A stretch of DNA of 64,000 bases from positions 97,590,001 through 97,654,000 of the forward strand of contig NC_045697.1 in NCBI RefSeq assembly GCF_009834535.1. The letters run 5' to 3'. How positions within the stretch are numbered: position 1 is the first letter of the stretch; each line of letters begins with the position of its first letter. The notes below the pieces were generated by a model. The model was given only the letters and a program-made list of their open reading frames with translations, was not told where the DNA came from and did not search any database. Below, piece by piece: positions 38,693 to 51,348 of this stretch. Position numbers and translations under genes: made by a program. The DNA comes from Camelus ferus (lineage: Eukaryota).

Positions 38693-39189
38693 TGTGACGG
38701 GATTCAGGACACACCATCCCAAAATATGGTGCCTTGTCGTATAGAATACTTTAAGTTGAGGGAATTTGAGAAATGGCAGGTAGAGGAAGGGCTTTCTGAC
38801 CCTCTCTCCTGAAGCAGGTTGTAAGACTGATGTGAGAGGTGTCCTCCGTCTCCCAGGAGGAATGCAGCGTCCTTCTCTCCAAAAAGGGGAGGAGCTGAGG
38901 GAAACGGAACCAACAGGATTTGCCAAGTTCCCCCAGTTCACTACACTGAGCTGGGACCCTTGGTCCTAGCCCATTGTTCCATGATTTCTACTCTTCATCA
39001 AACCGAGCATAAAGATGTTCAGATTTAACCATTTATTCAGGTCTTCATTTCCTTATGAAATCTCCCGTTGTGTCACATAAAACTTATTATATTAAATAAA
39101 TTCGTATGCTTTTCTCTTGCTAATCTTTTTTGTAGCAGACACAGTTGAGAACCTAAGACACAGAGGAAAGACAATGTTCCTCCTCTACA
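38693..39189 (+). mobile_element. ERV1 solo LTR (MER34-like) inside an L2 relic
   Basis: TGT...ACA termini, caccatcccaaaatatggtgccttg...ttaagttgagggaatttgagaaa, and aataaattcgtatgcttttctc. The TSD is not preserved (gaac/gctc). Confidence 0.8.
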
Positions 39190-39376
39190 GCTCAGTATAA
39201 CTCTTCCTCCTGGCATAATTGTTGGGGATTTCAATATCTATGAAAATATCCTAACTTTTAAATTTTCTTCTTTTAAAATGTATATAGCTTCATGTCTTCC
39301 CACTGCTTGAAATTCGACAGTGGCTCTTGATTTCACTTATGTATCATTGTAAAAACTTTAGCTATTATTTTTAAGC

Positions 39377-39504
39377 AGGGTGAGTATGTAATTTTTTATC
39401 TAAATCAAAATACTTTGAGGAGTAAAAGAAAGCAATAGACAATTCAGTTGGAAAATAGGCAAAACTCTAACTCTTCTGGACAAACTATGACTTACAGATA
39501 CCTT
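39377..39504. mobile_element. hAT-Blackjack MITE (MER94-like)
   Basis: agggtgagtatgtaattttttatctaaatcaaaatactttgaggagtaaaag...cagatacctt follows the AGGGTGACCATATAATTTATC...CACCCT pattern. Confidence 0.6.
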
Positions 39505-41089
39505 AGCAATGAGGCCCTACACGAGATGGCTTCTACCATGTTCTCTGTCTTCTAACACTTGCCTCCTCACTCACTCTCCTCATCTGCACTTGGTTCTTTG
39601 CTTTTCCTCAACTACACTGACAATTAAGGACTATTCACTGGCTGGTCTTAAACCTGGGGAAAGATCCTCCTTCCCTTCATCAGAATCTCTTGCCAGGTCT
39701 TCCTTAGCAGCTCAATACAAACAGCAAACCTGCCTCAGCTCCAAGAATTGTCCATAGCCCTTACCCTATTTTTTTTTCCCCACACAATACCTATTACCTC
39801 AGAGAAAGAAATTGCTGTTGAATCAAAACCAAAAACTGACTAAAGACATTTTTGTCCTCTAGAGAACTGACGTAATTTTACATCTAGGGGCTGGTTCTTT
39901 GGTTCTTTGATTTAGAAAAACATAATAATCAATCTCAGTGGAAAATTGCAATTGACCAGTTGTGTCCTCTTGGGCATAGTCAGGTCCAAGGATGAGATGA
40001 AGAGGATGCTCAGTTTATTTGCATAATAAAGTAAGGAATATTGGATTTCTGTAGGCCATTGACAGTGAAGAGATAGTTGAGAATAGTTTAACAGTAGAAA
40101 CTTTAGAAATAACTACAGAGAAGAGTGGCCTACGTCTTTGGCTAGTAATACATAATACTAAATGTTAAGGTTCTCCTTTTCTGTGCTTTTGTTATACAGC
40201 TACATTAGCATTAGTCCCCAAAGTGTTGTATATCCCTTCAGAGAACCACAGTATTTCAGGAACAAATGAAAAAAGTAGGATTCCGTATTGTTAATAAAAC
40301 AGGCAAGGAGAAATGGAGCATTTGAGCTGTCAGGAAAAATTGTGAATTTAAAATGGGCCAAAAAGGACTGGCAGGAGTCCTATCTGGTTGCTCCATCTGG
40401 GTGATCCTTGCCTTTCATGGCTTCGGAGCTATTTTACAGCGCTGTTAGTTGTAGAAAACAGATACTAATGCAGACGATTCCTAGTCATAGAAATGTATGT
40501 TTGTTGTGCCCAGTAGCATGCAATTGATTCTTGCCTGTGGCTAGACTGTTTTGCATCTTTTTAAAGTAAATTTTAGCATTTCTTTACTGCATACCAATTT
40601 TTAAAATTCTCCTTTGAATAGGTAATAACATCTTACAAGTTCTCTCATTAATTGAGTTAAATATTTGATATATGTTTACTTTATATTTCTAAGAGAACCA
40701 CAATTTTACCTTAAGAAAATATTCTTTAACAGAGCCAAGACTATCGGAAACCAGACTTAGGGAAACATGGGACTTAATCTGGATTAAGAAGAGAATATGA
40801 CAAAAAAAATTCCTATTTCCTCCAGAATTTATCGTAGAAAGTTTGCCTTTGAAAACATAACAGGAAGACATGGGGTTGTAGGGTTTTGTGAGTGAAAAAC
40901 GGGTATTTACGTAGCATTCTATGTTTCATGGTAAACATAAAATGTCTCAGTCCCCTTCCAGGCCACCACAGTTCTTACAACTTTTTTCACTTACGAAATA
41001 TTTTAAAATGTTTTATTATTCCTGTTTGTTTTAGTAGTTTTTACTGTGGAAAGTCTTAGAACCTCTAGCTGTTTCACAGTAACCTAGAT

Positions 41090-41287
41090 CAAGGTCAGCA
41101 AACTTTTCTATAGAGGAACAGATAGTAAATATTTTACGCTTTGCAGACCATATGGGCTCTGTCACAACTATTCAACTCTCCTGTTGTAAGGCAGAAGCAG
41201 TCACAAAAAACACAAACAGATGAGTTCAATAAAATTTCATGCACAAGAGCAAGATTTGGCCAGTGGGCCACAGGTTGCCAACCACTG
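41090..41287. mobile_element. MER58A-like hAT MITE
   Basis: caaggtcagcaaacttttcta...ttgccaaccactg, with TSD acctagat/acacagat (6/8). Confidence 0.85.
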
Positions 41288-41700
41288 ACACAGATTATAA
41301 TTTATTTACTCAAGAGCTTATTATGAAACTATAAAACTAATAATTATTTAGGACTTTTAGTGTTGTAAATTATTTAATATAATTAAGGAGAATATAGATT
41401 TTTAAAATCATTCTAGGTACTAAAATATGTATAGATATAAAAGATTATAAAGAAGGCTAACTAATGGCTAATGAATATAAAAAGATTCTCAAATTCAATA
41501 ATATTGCCAGGTGCATGGCAAGATGAGTATAAAAGAGACATAGCTAAAGACTGGCTGCTTAAAACAAAAGGAAATTTGGTCAAAACTATGGTAGAAGTGA
41601 CTCTTCTAGAGAAGATATAAAAATATAATCAACTCTGAAGCCCTAAAACTGATATTTTGAAATTTCAGTCAACTTCTTGTCATGGCATCAAAACCCAAGA

Positions 41701-43056
41701 GGAGTGCATGCTATCTTTTCAAATTAAAGTTCCTGCCAGATATATGCCCGGGAGTCGGATTGCTGGATCATATGGTAAGTCTGTTTTTACTTTTTTGGGG
41801 GAATCTCCACAATGTTTTCCATAACAGCTGTATCATTACTACTCCTACCAACAGTGTAGGAGGGTTCTCTTTCCTCCACACCCTCTCCAGCATTTATTGT
41901 TTGTGGATTTTTTAATGATGGCCATTCTGACTGGTGTGAGGTGATACCTCATTGTAGTTTTGATTTGCATTTCTCTGATAATTAGTCATATTGAACATTT
42001 TTTCATGTGCCTAATGCCCATTTGTATGTCTTCATTGGAGAGTTGCTTGTTTAGGTCTTCTGCCCATTTTTGGATTGGTTTTTTTTTTTTTTTAATATTA
42101 AGTTGTGTGAGCTGTTTATATATTCTGGATATTAAGCCCTTGTCAGTCTCATCTGTTGCAAATATTTTCTCCAATTCCTTGGGTTGTCCTTTTGTTTTGC
42201 ATTTGGTTTCCTTCGCTGTGCAAAAGCTGGTAAGTTTAATTAGGTCCTATTTGTTTATTTTTGCTTTTATTTCTATTGCCTGGGTAGACTGCCCTAGGAC
42301 AACGTTTCTGAGATTTATGTCAGATAATGTTTTGCCTATCTTTTCTTCCAAGACGTTTATAGTGTTTGATTTATGCTTAAGTCTTTAAGTCATTTTGAGT
42401 GTATTTTAGTGTGTGGTGTGAAGTAGTATTTTAACTTCATTGTTTACATGCAGCTGTCTAGTTTTCCCAGCACCATTTGCTGAAGAGCCTGTCTTTACTC
42501 CATTGTATGTTCTTGCCTCCTTTGTCAAAGATTGACTGAAAGTCTGTGGGTTTATTTTGGGGCTCTATTTTGTTCCATTAATCCATATGTCTGTTTTTGT
42601 ACCAATACCATGCTGTCTTCATTACTCTAGCTCTGTAGTATTGTCTGAAGCTTGGAAGGGTTATTCCTCCAGCTTCATTCTTTCTTCAGTATTGCTTTAG
42701 CAATTATGGGTATTATGTGATTCCATTATAAATTTTAGGATTATTCTAGTTCTGTGAAAAATGTCCTGGGTAATTTGATATGGATTCTATTAAATCTAAT
42801 ATAAAAGATATATGCACCCCAGTGTTCATAGCAGCCTTATTTACAATAGTCAAGACATGGAAACAACCTAAATGTCCATTGATAGATGACTGGATAAAGA
42901 AGTTGTCGTACATTTGTGCAGTGGAATACTACTCAGCCATAAAAAATAATAAAACAATGCCATTTCCAGAAACATGGATGGACCTGGAGATTGTCATTCT
43001 AAGTGAAGTAAGCCAGAAAAATATTATATGATATCACTTATATTGAAATCTAAAAA
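41701..43056 (+). mobile_element. 5'-inverted L1 insertion (inverted 41701-42797, direct about 42795-43056) lacking the 3'UTR
   Basis: The minus-strand piece encodes EKIFA...[11 protein letters not shown]...[10 protein letters not shown]. The plus-strand piece encodes KDICTPVFIAALFTIVKTWKQPKCP...WMDLEIVILSEVSQ. Confidence 0.9.
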
Positions 43057-43060
43057 AAGA

Positions 43061-43407
43061 CTGATGATGCCACACACATGAAAAAATGAAAAATTGATTA
43101 CTTTACATAATTGCAGCCCCTGGGGAGTATAGGGTAGTCTCTCAAGCAGGTCTGAAATGGCTTGAGAAAGCAAAGAAAGGAGATTGGCTTGGGTTTTTAT
43201 CATCTTTACAGGATAGGGCTGAAGTTGGGGTTCACCTGTGAGAGGAGGCTTGCATAGTTTGAGTCTCCCACCTGTGCCAAAGGATGGCAACGCACGTCTC
43301 CTTATCAGCTTGATCAGATGTGGGATGCCAGGGAGAAGAGGGAGGGGTGAGGCTTAAAGCTGTCAAAGTCAGACATCAAAATAATGGAGTCTATCTCCTC
43401 TTATACA
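43061..43407 (-). mobile_element. Ancient ERV LTR (MER90-like); its other end appears to lie at about 41655-41700
   Basis: cttatcagcttgatcagatgtggg...gagggaggggtgaggcttaaagctgtca...catcaaaataatggagtc...ttataca. Subfamily name is from memory. Confidence 0.65.
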
Positions 43408-43551
43408 TATCAATATACCCATACCATTATCAGCATTCAATTAATTCATACATTAAATTGAAAACATACATAAAAAGAACATATAAACTATATTGTAATT
43501 CTATCCCATTAAGACATTCATAGCTAAGAACTTAGCAGATGGTTCTGTATC

Positions 43552-43725
43552 CATTTCTTAAACTTGGCTGCATATTGGAATTATCTTAGAAGTATTAAAA
43601 TATTACTGACTTTTATCTCACCTCCAGAAAGTCTGATTAAATTGGTCTGAATTAAGTCTTGGTAACTGGATTTTTAATAATCTCTCCAGGTGATTCTAAC
43701 TTGCATCAAAGGTTAAGCATCTCTG
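43552..43725. mobile_element. MER5A-like hAT MITE
   Basis: ttcttaaacttggctgcatattggaattatc...ctgattaaattggtctg...ctccaggtgattctaac. Confidence 0.8.
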
Positions 43726-43759
43726 TTTTAGAAGGGGTGTGTGTGTATCTGTAATAAAC

Positions 43760-45190
43760 ATAGGATCAAATTATTCATACAATTAATGTGCATTTTTCCA
43801 TTTAATACACCATAGAACATCTTTCCATGCCCATAAATACAAGCATCATCAAAATGCCTAAATGAATATACTGTAATTTCTATTTCAATAAGCCACTGTT
43901 ACAGAATATTTACATTATATCTAATGTATTATGCTTATAAAAATATTTATGAATATCTTTCATATATTCATGCTTCTTCATTTTTATAATTCCTAGTAAA
44001 AATTTTCTAGAAATAAAATCATTGGCTTAAAGTGTACAGATATGTTTAAGTCTATTGTTCTATCATTCCTCTAGCAGGAAAGAGGTTATACATTTCTCTG
44101 TAACTCTACCATTCTGGGTATTATCTATCCTTAAATTTTTGCCTGAAGATAGAAATAAAAATATAATTTGCCTAAATTTACTATCTTTTTGCATTATGTC
44201 TCTGGTATCATGCTTAAAGAGGTATTTTTTGCTATTAGTTCATGTAAATAGCCCACCATGTTTTTAAAGTTCTGTCAATTGTTTTTTAGATTTAATATAA
44301 CCCATTTGAAATGTATTTTAGAGTAGATATATTAAAAAAAAAACCAAAAACTTCTGACTTTATTTCTTTCTTAACAGTAAATCAGTTTTCCCAAATTGGT
44401 TATTCAATCATTTTCAATTTGCTAAACTCAGAAAACTCATCTCTAAAGTGAGGAAATAATGATACCTACCTCACATGGTTTCAGAGTGGACTAAATGAGT
44501 TAATATATATTAAGCACTTAGAATAGTATACAGCCTATAATAAACACTCAGCATGCACTATTATTTTAATGATCATCATCTTCATGACAACATTTATTAT
44601 GTAACTTAGGTCGATTTCTTGACTCTGAGTTCTGTGGCGTTGGTTAACATGTTTAACCTTGCCCCAGTACCTCACATTTCAATGGTTGTAGCTTTGACAT
44701 GCAGATCTTTAGTAAATGAATATTCTCTGCTTTGTCAAAACTATTCTGGCTATTTTCGCATATTTATTCTATTAAAGAAACTTAAAATCGTGTTGTCAAA
44801 TTCAAAAGAGAAGTTAATGAAATTTCATTCTGGGTTTTGATTGAGATTGAGTCAATTAGAGCAAGATTTACATTATGTACAATTGTTTATTCTTTCCACC
44901 TAATAGAATGGCATGCCTCTACCTGTTGTCAGGTCTTTTTATGCTGTAAATTAATGTAGTTTTCTTCAGAGAGGTTTTGCATATTCTTATTATGTTTCTT
45001 GCTAGGGATTTTACATTTTTATTGGGTTGTCAAAGGGTTGTTTTTTTCTGTTATATTTTCTAACTGTTCATACTTAGTATATATGGAGGATAGCTTTTTT
45101 ATATTTACTTGTAACTGACTGACTTCACTGAATTCAAGGACATTATAATTCAAGTCTTCTCTTTGTGTCAATAATGCTATCTGTAGCAGC
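43760..45190 (-). mobile_element. Highly degenerate old L1 (L1ME-like) with a MIR at about 44420-44565
   Basis: Antisense L1-like motifs (gggttttgattgagattg, tgtagttttcttca). MIR piece: gatacctacctcacatgg...taaatgagttaatatatattaagcacttagaatagt. Confidence 0.6.
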
Positions 45191-45496
45191 TAAATCTCCA
45201 TTCCAAATTAGGATGAGATTGAGAAGGAGGGCTGGATGGGGGATATAAACTCTTTTCCTTTGTTTCACCTTTAGGATTAAAAAGTGTGCTATCCCTTTTA
45301 TTTAAGAAGTGTGTATTTCTTCTTTTACAGAGCCAAATATTAGCAACTAATTACTGAAAGTTTTAAGTCAAAGTGACTAAGAAAATACATTAATGTAGAC
45401 TTAACTCATAAAATTAACCGCTGCCATCCTTTTACCTTCACAGTTGTAGTCAGTATACCCCTAAAGTTTATTTTCACCAGTATATATTTGAAGTAA

Positions 45497-46901
45497 GGCG
45501 GTTATTCTCACAGTGTACTCCAATGGACTGCTAGGGGTGTCCAAACATTTTTTTTCTTTCAGGTAATCTGTGATATCAAAATAGTCTTTTACAATAGCAT
45601 TGTTACTTACTTTTTCACTGTGTTGCCATTTGCAATAATAGTGAATTATCCGCAGTAAAACTGCTGCTACCTTAGCAAGAACCAAGGCAGTGGTACAGAG
45701 CTGCTAGGAATCATGGTATTGTTCATGCACTTGCAGATAAAACAAAACAAAACAAAAAACAATTTCAATTACGAATGCCCCAATGAAGTAGTAAGAAATA
45801 TTGATGTGATTAAATCTCAACCCTTATGCATGCATCTTTTTAATGTTCTCTGTGACAGTGAGAAGAACACATAAAGCACTCTGCAGGGTAATATGTTGGT
45901 TGACTTGAGGAAAAGCACTTGTATGATTGTCTGAATAGTGAGGTGAACTGGCCACATTTTTCATAAGGCACCATTTTTATTTGAAAGAATGACTCCAAGC
46001 TGATGGTTCTGCAGACTTTGGTATTTGGCTAATTATTTTCTTGAAAATAAATTCACGGAGCCTGTCACTTCAAAGAAAATAGCTTGACAATATTTGCAAC
46101 AGTGATAAAATCTGAACTTTCAATTGAAAATTGGAATTTTGGAAAGCTTGTATCTGCCGCCACAAGCTTGATAACTTCCTAGTGTTTAAAGGCTTTCTGA
46201 TGAGACTGATGATGATAGCAAATGTGTTTTTTATTATTATTGTATAAAGAAATCTATCAACATTTGGAATATCTACATAGCATAAGGAATCAATTTTCCA
46301 AATGACCAATTTATGATATTACAAAACTGTATATGGGCAGATGATCCATTCAAAATGCATGAGCATTGAATGGATTTTAACGTAACAGAGTACAAAAATT
46401 CACTGATGGTTTCAGATTCCACATCGGAGCTCATCCTAAAGAAACTATTGCTTGTCAAAGAAGAATATTCACAATTATCTAAAAAGTCTGTTAAAATACT
46501 CATCCCTTTTCCAACTACGTATCTGCATAAGGCTGAGTTTCCTTGATACACTTTAGCCAAAGCAACGTATACAACAGGTTGAGTGCAGATTTGGGAATCC
46601 AGATTTCCTGCTTTAAGCCAGCCATTAGAGGGATTTGACATAACTGTAAAACAGTGCCACTCTTCTCACTGATACTTTTGTTAGGAAAAAATGTAGTTAT
46701 TTCATAGTTTTTATTAACATATCATGGATTTATTATTATCTTAAAGTTAATAAGTATTTTAAAGTTTTCTCAATTTTCTGATTGAGAATACACTAAGTAT
46801 TGATAGCTAAAACCTACATACACAGTTCTTTGCGATTTGGGACACTCAGTAGTTTTTAAGAGTGCAAATGGTTTTGAGACTAAAAAAACTGAGAACGAGT
46901 G
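45497..46901 (+). mobile_element. Near full-length Charlie1a-like hAT transposon (about 1.4 kb) with decayed transposase C-terminus
   Basis: Degenerate TIRs gcggttattctca and tgagaacgagtg. Internal tttttcactgtgttgccatttgca...gtaaaactgctg...ccttagca...aaggcagtgg matches Charlie1a. 46493-46543 translates to KILIPFPTTYLHKAEFP, matching the hAT dimerization motif LLPFPTTYLCEAGFS. Confidence 0.85.
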
Positions 46902-47341
46902 CTATAGGGGAAGGAAAGGATTATCCAGCATCATGGTGGAACTTACCTCAAACATAACAAATAGCATTTGATTGAACTTTTTCTGACTGTAAGAATGCCA
47001 ATGCCCATGAGAAACTCAGATATCACTAATCCAAAGACTGTTCTAGAGTATCTAAGATGGTTTCCTTTGTGAATTTCTGATTTCATCCTTCCTTTGAGAG
47101 CCTTCTGCTCCTGGCTAGGACTGGACGAGACTGTCCATGTCTCGGGTACAGTGTTGTGACTGTGAGTGGAGAGAGTCAGAGAAATACATGCCATGGGGAG
47201 GCTTAGATTCTATTTGCATTTTGAATACTTACAACCATTGGTGACCTTCATAGGAACACACTACCTAAAGCAAAGTTTCCTGAGATATTTAGAAGATTAG
47301 ATTCCAGATATAATTATGGATTTGTTTACTTCTCTCAATTC

Positions 47342-47343
<2 letters not shown>

Positions 47344-47400
<57 letters not shown>
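47344..47400 (+). repeat. (TTA)19 microsatellite
   Basis: Perfect trinucleotide run read directly. Confidence 0.95.
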
Positions 47401-47402
<2 letters not shown>

Positions 47403-47902
47403 TTACTTTATATTTTGAAGCTCTGTTCTTATATGCATAAACTTTTTCATCTGTTATGTCTTCTTGATGAGTTGACCCATTTTTTTTTTTTATTATATAA
47501 TGTCCCCCTCTATTCTGGTAATATTCCTTGTGTGATGTTAATATGGCCACTCCAGCTTTCTTTTGATTTACATTTACATGATATTTAAATTTTTTTTCAA
47601 TTCCATTTAAATTAGGCTAGTTGTAGATAGTATCTCTTTGAGTCTCTTTTATTTGGTGTGTTCACAGCATTTATATTTAATGTCGATATTAATGCCCATC
47701 TTGGTAGATATTTTCTATCTGTTCATCTGTTGTCCACCCCTCCATTTCTGCCTTCTTTTGGATTGATGAGTTTTCATGATTTTATTTTTTCCACTGTTGT
47801 TATTCATGCATTTCATGAAAAAGTTTTCTGCCTTAGAGTGTACAATATATTTGTTAAATTAGGAGTAGATTGAAACAAGTTAGCTGATAACATGTCACAC
47901 AG

Positions 47903-48047
47903 CAATAGCACAGGGAACTATATTCAATATCTTGTAATGGCCTATAATGAAAAAGAATAGGTATGTATATGTATGACTGAAGCATTATGCTATACACCAG
48001 AAATTGACACAACATTGTAAACTGACTATACTTCAGTTTAAAAAAAA
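47903..48047 (+). mobile_element. Short lineage-specific L1 3' end
   Basis: atagcacagggaactatattcaatatcttgta...gaaattgacacaacattgtaaactgactatacttcagtttaaaaaaaa. Confidence 0.9.
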
Positions 48048-48302
48048 GACCTTATACTGTAAGGACCTTACACAGCATATTCCTAACTCCTTCCTCCCAT
48101 CCTTTATACTGTTGTTGTCATATATTTTACTCATATAAATGTTATCAGTTTACAGTAAATCGCTTTCCTTTTTGTTTTAGTTATGTTCTATAGCAGTTAA
48201 ATTTTTGTTTTATATTTACATGAATTCCTGCCACCTTCAGTACCTTTATTTCTTTGATTTGATCCATCATCCATCCAGCAGTGCATATTGGGCCCCCAAA
48301 TC

Positions 48303-48845
48303 TGTGTTAGCTTTCTGTTGCTGCTTAACAGGTTACCACAAACCTAGTGACTTAAAATGACACTCATTTTTGGAACTAAAAAGAGGTTGTGGTTGCATAA
48401 TATTATAAATAAACTAAATACCACTAAACTGTGCCCCTTAAAATGTTAATTTTATGTTATGTTCACCATCTGTTGAAGCCAAGGATTTTCATTCCCTTAA
48501 GGAGCTGATTAGAGCCTATGCAACTGAAGGTGATAAAAAATGGAGGTGAAAACAAAACGCACATTTATTATCTCATAGTTCCTTTGGTCACAAGTGCAGA
48601 TGCAGCGTCTGCTCAGGGTCATCAGGCTGAAATCACACTTTTTGCCAAAGCTACAGTTGCATTTCAGGCTCTGGTCTATTCAGGTGTTGGCAGAAACAAT
48701 TTCTCATGACTATAGGACTGAGGTTCTTACTTTCTTGGTGTCTGTTAACTGGGGGCCATTCTTAGCAGCTGGAAGTGCTTGCCTTCCCCTGCAAACCATG
48801 GCAGTTTGCTCCTTCAAAGTCAACACAAAAATCCCTATGACTTCA
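48303..48845 (-). mobile_element. MaLR LTR (MLT1E-like) with an internal insertion at about 48370-48548
   Basis: tgtgttagctttctgttgctgcttaacaggttaccacaaacctagtgacttaaaa...catttattatctcatagttc...caggtgttggcagaa. Confidence 0.75.
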
Positions 48846-49149
48846 GGATGTTGAGGGACAAATTTAGGATTCTATCTCCCATCCTATGTTATCTACAATA
48901 CATCAGAGGCTTCCCATTTGTCTAGTGCTTATTTCTTGTATTTGGAGCAAGATGGGTTTGGCAGGTTTTTCTCAATATCTGTTCCATCTATAGCTTTAAA
49001 TCTTCCCCTTCAGTTATACTTCAGAGAGGGTCTTTCTCCATGCTCTTGACCTTCTTTAGCAGTGGACTGCTATTATTTATAACTCAGATTATTAACTGGC
49101 TGGTAGAGGAAAAGGGAGTGGTTCTCGGTTGTCCTGGGTCACCTCTATT

Positions 49150-49630
49150 TGGTATATTTGTACAATGGAATACTACTTAGCCATAAAAAGAATAAAATAA
49201 TGCCATTTGCAGCAACATAGATGGACCTGGAGATCGTCATTCTAAGTCAAGTAAGTCAGAAAGAGAAAGAAAAATACCGTATGATACCACTTACATGGAA
49301 TCTTTAACAAATGACACAAATGAACTTATCTACAAACAGACATAGACTCACAGACATAGAAGCCAAACTTACGGTTACCAAAGAGGGGACGGAAGAAATG
49401 GGGTGGAGGGATAAATTGGGGGTTAGGGATTTGCAGATACAAACTACTCTATATAAAGTAGATAAACAACAAGGTCCTACTGTATAACACAGGGAACTAT
49501 GTTCAATATCTTACAGTAACCTGTAATAAAAAATATGAAAATATAAATATATGTATGTAAATGAATGACTGAAACATTATGCTGTACACCAGAAATTGAC
49601 ACAACGTTGTGAACTGACTATACTTAAATA
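49150..49630 (+). mobile_element. Lineage-specific L1 3' end (ORF2 tail plus 3'UTR)
   Basis: caatggaatactacttagccataaaaagaataaaataatgccatttgcagcaac...gtgaactgactatacttaaataa. Confidence 0.92.
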
Positions 49631-50022
49631 ACAGATAGATGGATGCATGGATAGGCACCATGTCCCTGATTTTTGATTGTGGAGCCTTTTCAGTGCTCTT
49701 ACCAATCTTCATCTGTTGTGGGAGACCGCTATTTATCTGGGCCCAAGACGTATTCCTGCCCCTTCCCTAAGGGTAGAAAGAATTATTTTCTGTTCTTTTC
49801 CCCCAGCTGGAATGGTCTTCACCCTTACCCTAAAGGTGATACGATTTGCTACCCAACTTTTGCTGATTGAAGGCTTTTGGTTCATAGAGGATATGGAAGC
49901 TAGATGTATATCCTTCCTAGGAATACACCAGAAAAAGCATTCCCCAAGAAATAGACCCAAGCTATCATGAGCTTATAGTGAGGTCTTTTGGGAAGAACCT
50001 GTGAGTTTGTCAAAACTCCCCT

Positions 50023-50040
50023 TGTGTGTGTGTGTGTGTG
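50023..50040 (+). repeat. (TG)9 microsatellite
   Basis: Read directly. Confidence 0.9.
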
Positions 50041-50875
50041 GCTTCCAATACTTCTATATTCTCGCATTCACCCATACTCAAGATTTAGCCATTTATTAAA
50101 AATTTTGAGTGAGTTCTTATTGGTCTCCAAGGTGTCCCATGTTTACTCCAGGTAAGCAAATGCTAACCTCCTGTGTCTCCTTGGAAATGTCTGCTTTTCC
50201 TTATTATTGGCTTAGTTGGCTGCCTTGCAACCACAGCTCTCTGAAAGGTTCAAAAAAAGCTGTGATTTTGTATATCATCTAATGCTATATTGTTATCAGA
50301 GTGGAAGCAATCCTCTTTTCAGGTTTTTACATCCTAGGAAAGTCCTCCGATTTTTGTTATTGTTGTGAATCTCCCTTAAAAATAATACCCATGAAGAGAC
50401 TGAGTATATTTGTTTTATTCACCAAACCTGACCCTTATTTGGTGAACATTATATATTTGTTGAATGAAGGAATGAAGATATGACTCAATGAATGAGTAGG
50501 TGATTGAGTTGTATAGAGGAGATTTAACCAGAAGCTAATGGGAAAGCATAGTACATGAGGAAACTTGTAGCAATTCAGTAGAATAGTCAGGTTAGATAGA
50601 AAGCCATGTCATCTTCCACAATTCTGTGTGAAAACAAAGAAAAAGAGGAAGTAGTTTCTAGAAAATGGAGTTTGTAGGATCAGGACAGAGGTCAGGCACT
50701 TGCCTATTAAAGTGGCTGGCACTAAGAATGAACTTTCCTTTGGGGGGCTCATTACCTTGAGAGGAAGGAGAAAGAGAAAAATGGTACCCTAGACACCATA
50801 AAGGAAGGTAATGAGGTGGCTAGCTATTTATGTATCTTTGAATACTCATGGATTCAACCCTTGATAGAAGAACAA

Positions 50876-51246
50876 TATAGTGGTTGCTCTGATGAGCTAA
50901 CCAGATCCCCTTTCAGAACCAAGCTAAGGCTCTCAGTCCCTAGCTGCTTGCATTGTAGGCTGTCAACATGTCACAGCTGTGTTCCTCTGTAAACAGAAGC
51001 AGTTACTCAGGGGTTTTCTCCCTGCCCATTCCCTTCCAACAATTGCACTAATGACCCCCATGCATTCCCCCTTCAGAGCTCTCTATGAGGTTGTTTGAGG
51101 TCCCTGTTACAATTGTATCACAGCTTAATTTGTGACTAATCTCACTTTCCTTAATCTCAAAGAAGTTGTTCTCTAGCATATTTTCAATATACTTCCCCCC
51201 GACACATATCTTGAAAGCAGTTTCCTGGGGAAGCAAATCTGCAACA
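50876..51246 (+). mobile_element. ERVL LTR (LTR16-like)
   Basis: ccagatccccttt...ccttcagagctctc, ending tttcctggggaagcaaatctgcaaca. Confidence 0.65.
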
Positions 51247-51348
51247 AGAAGGAACAATTATTTTCAAATCTTGCTAACTTGTAAATTTAGGATTGTTCAT
51301 ATATGGATTATTTGCTTAGCTGCTCATTGGTTCCAGAAGAAACTAGAG

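Larger units (their letters stand above)
47320..50340 (-). mobile_element. Old L1 (L1M-type, including 5' region) fragmented by several later insertions
   Basis: gatgagttgaccc...tataatgtccc, atatggccactccagctttcttttgatta, and the 5'-type cagctctctgaaaggttcaaaaaaagctgtgattttgta. Confidence 0.6.

Noticed and set aside
40290..40405. Short protein-like frame NGAFELSGKIVNLKWAKKDWQESYLVAPSG
   Set aside because: No polypyrimidine acceptor, weak donor and no recognisable homology, so chance is the likely explanation.
46070..46641. Minus-strand ORFs of 79 and 122 aa
   Set aside because: They are antisense to the decayed Charlie transposase and are shadow ORFs.
47316..47588. ORF with a poly-isoleucine membrane-like segment
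   Set aside because: It is the translation of the (TTA)n microsatellite within an old L1.
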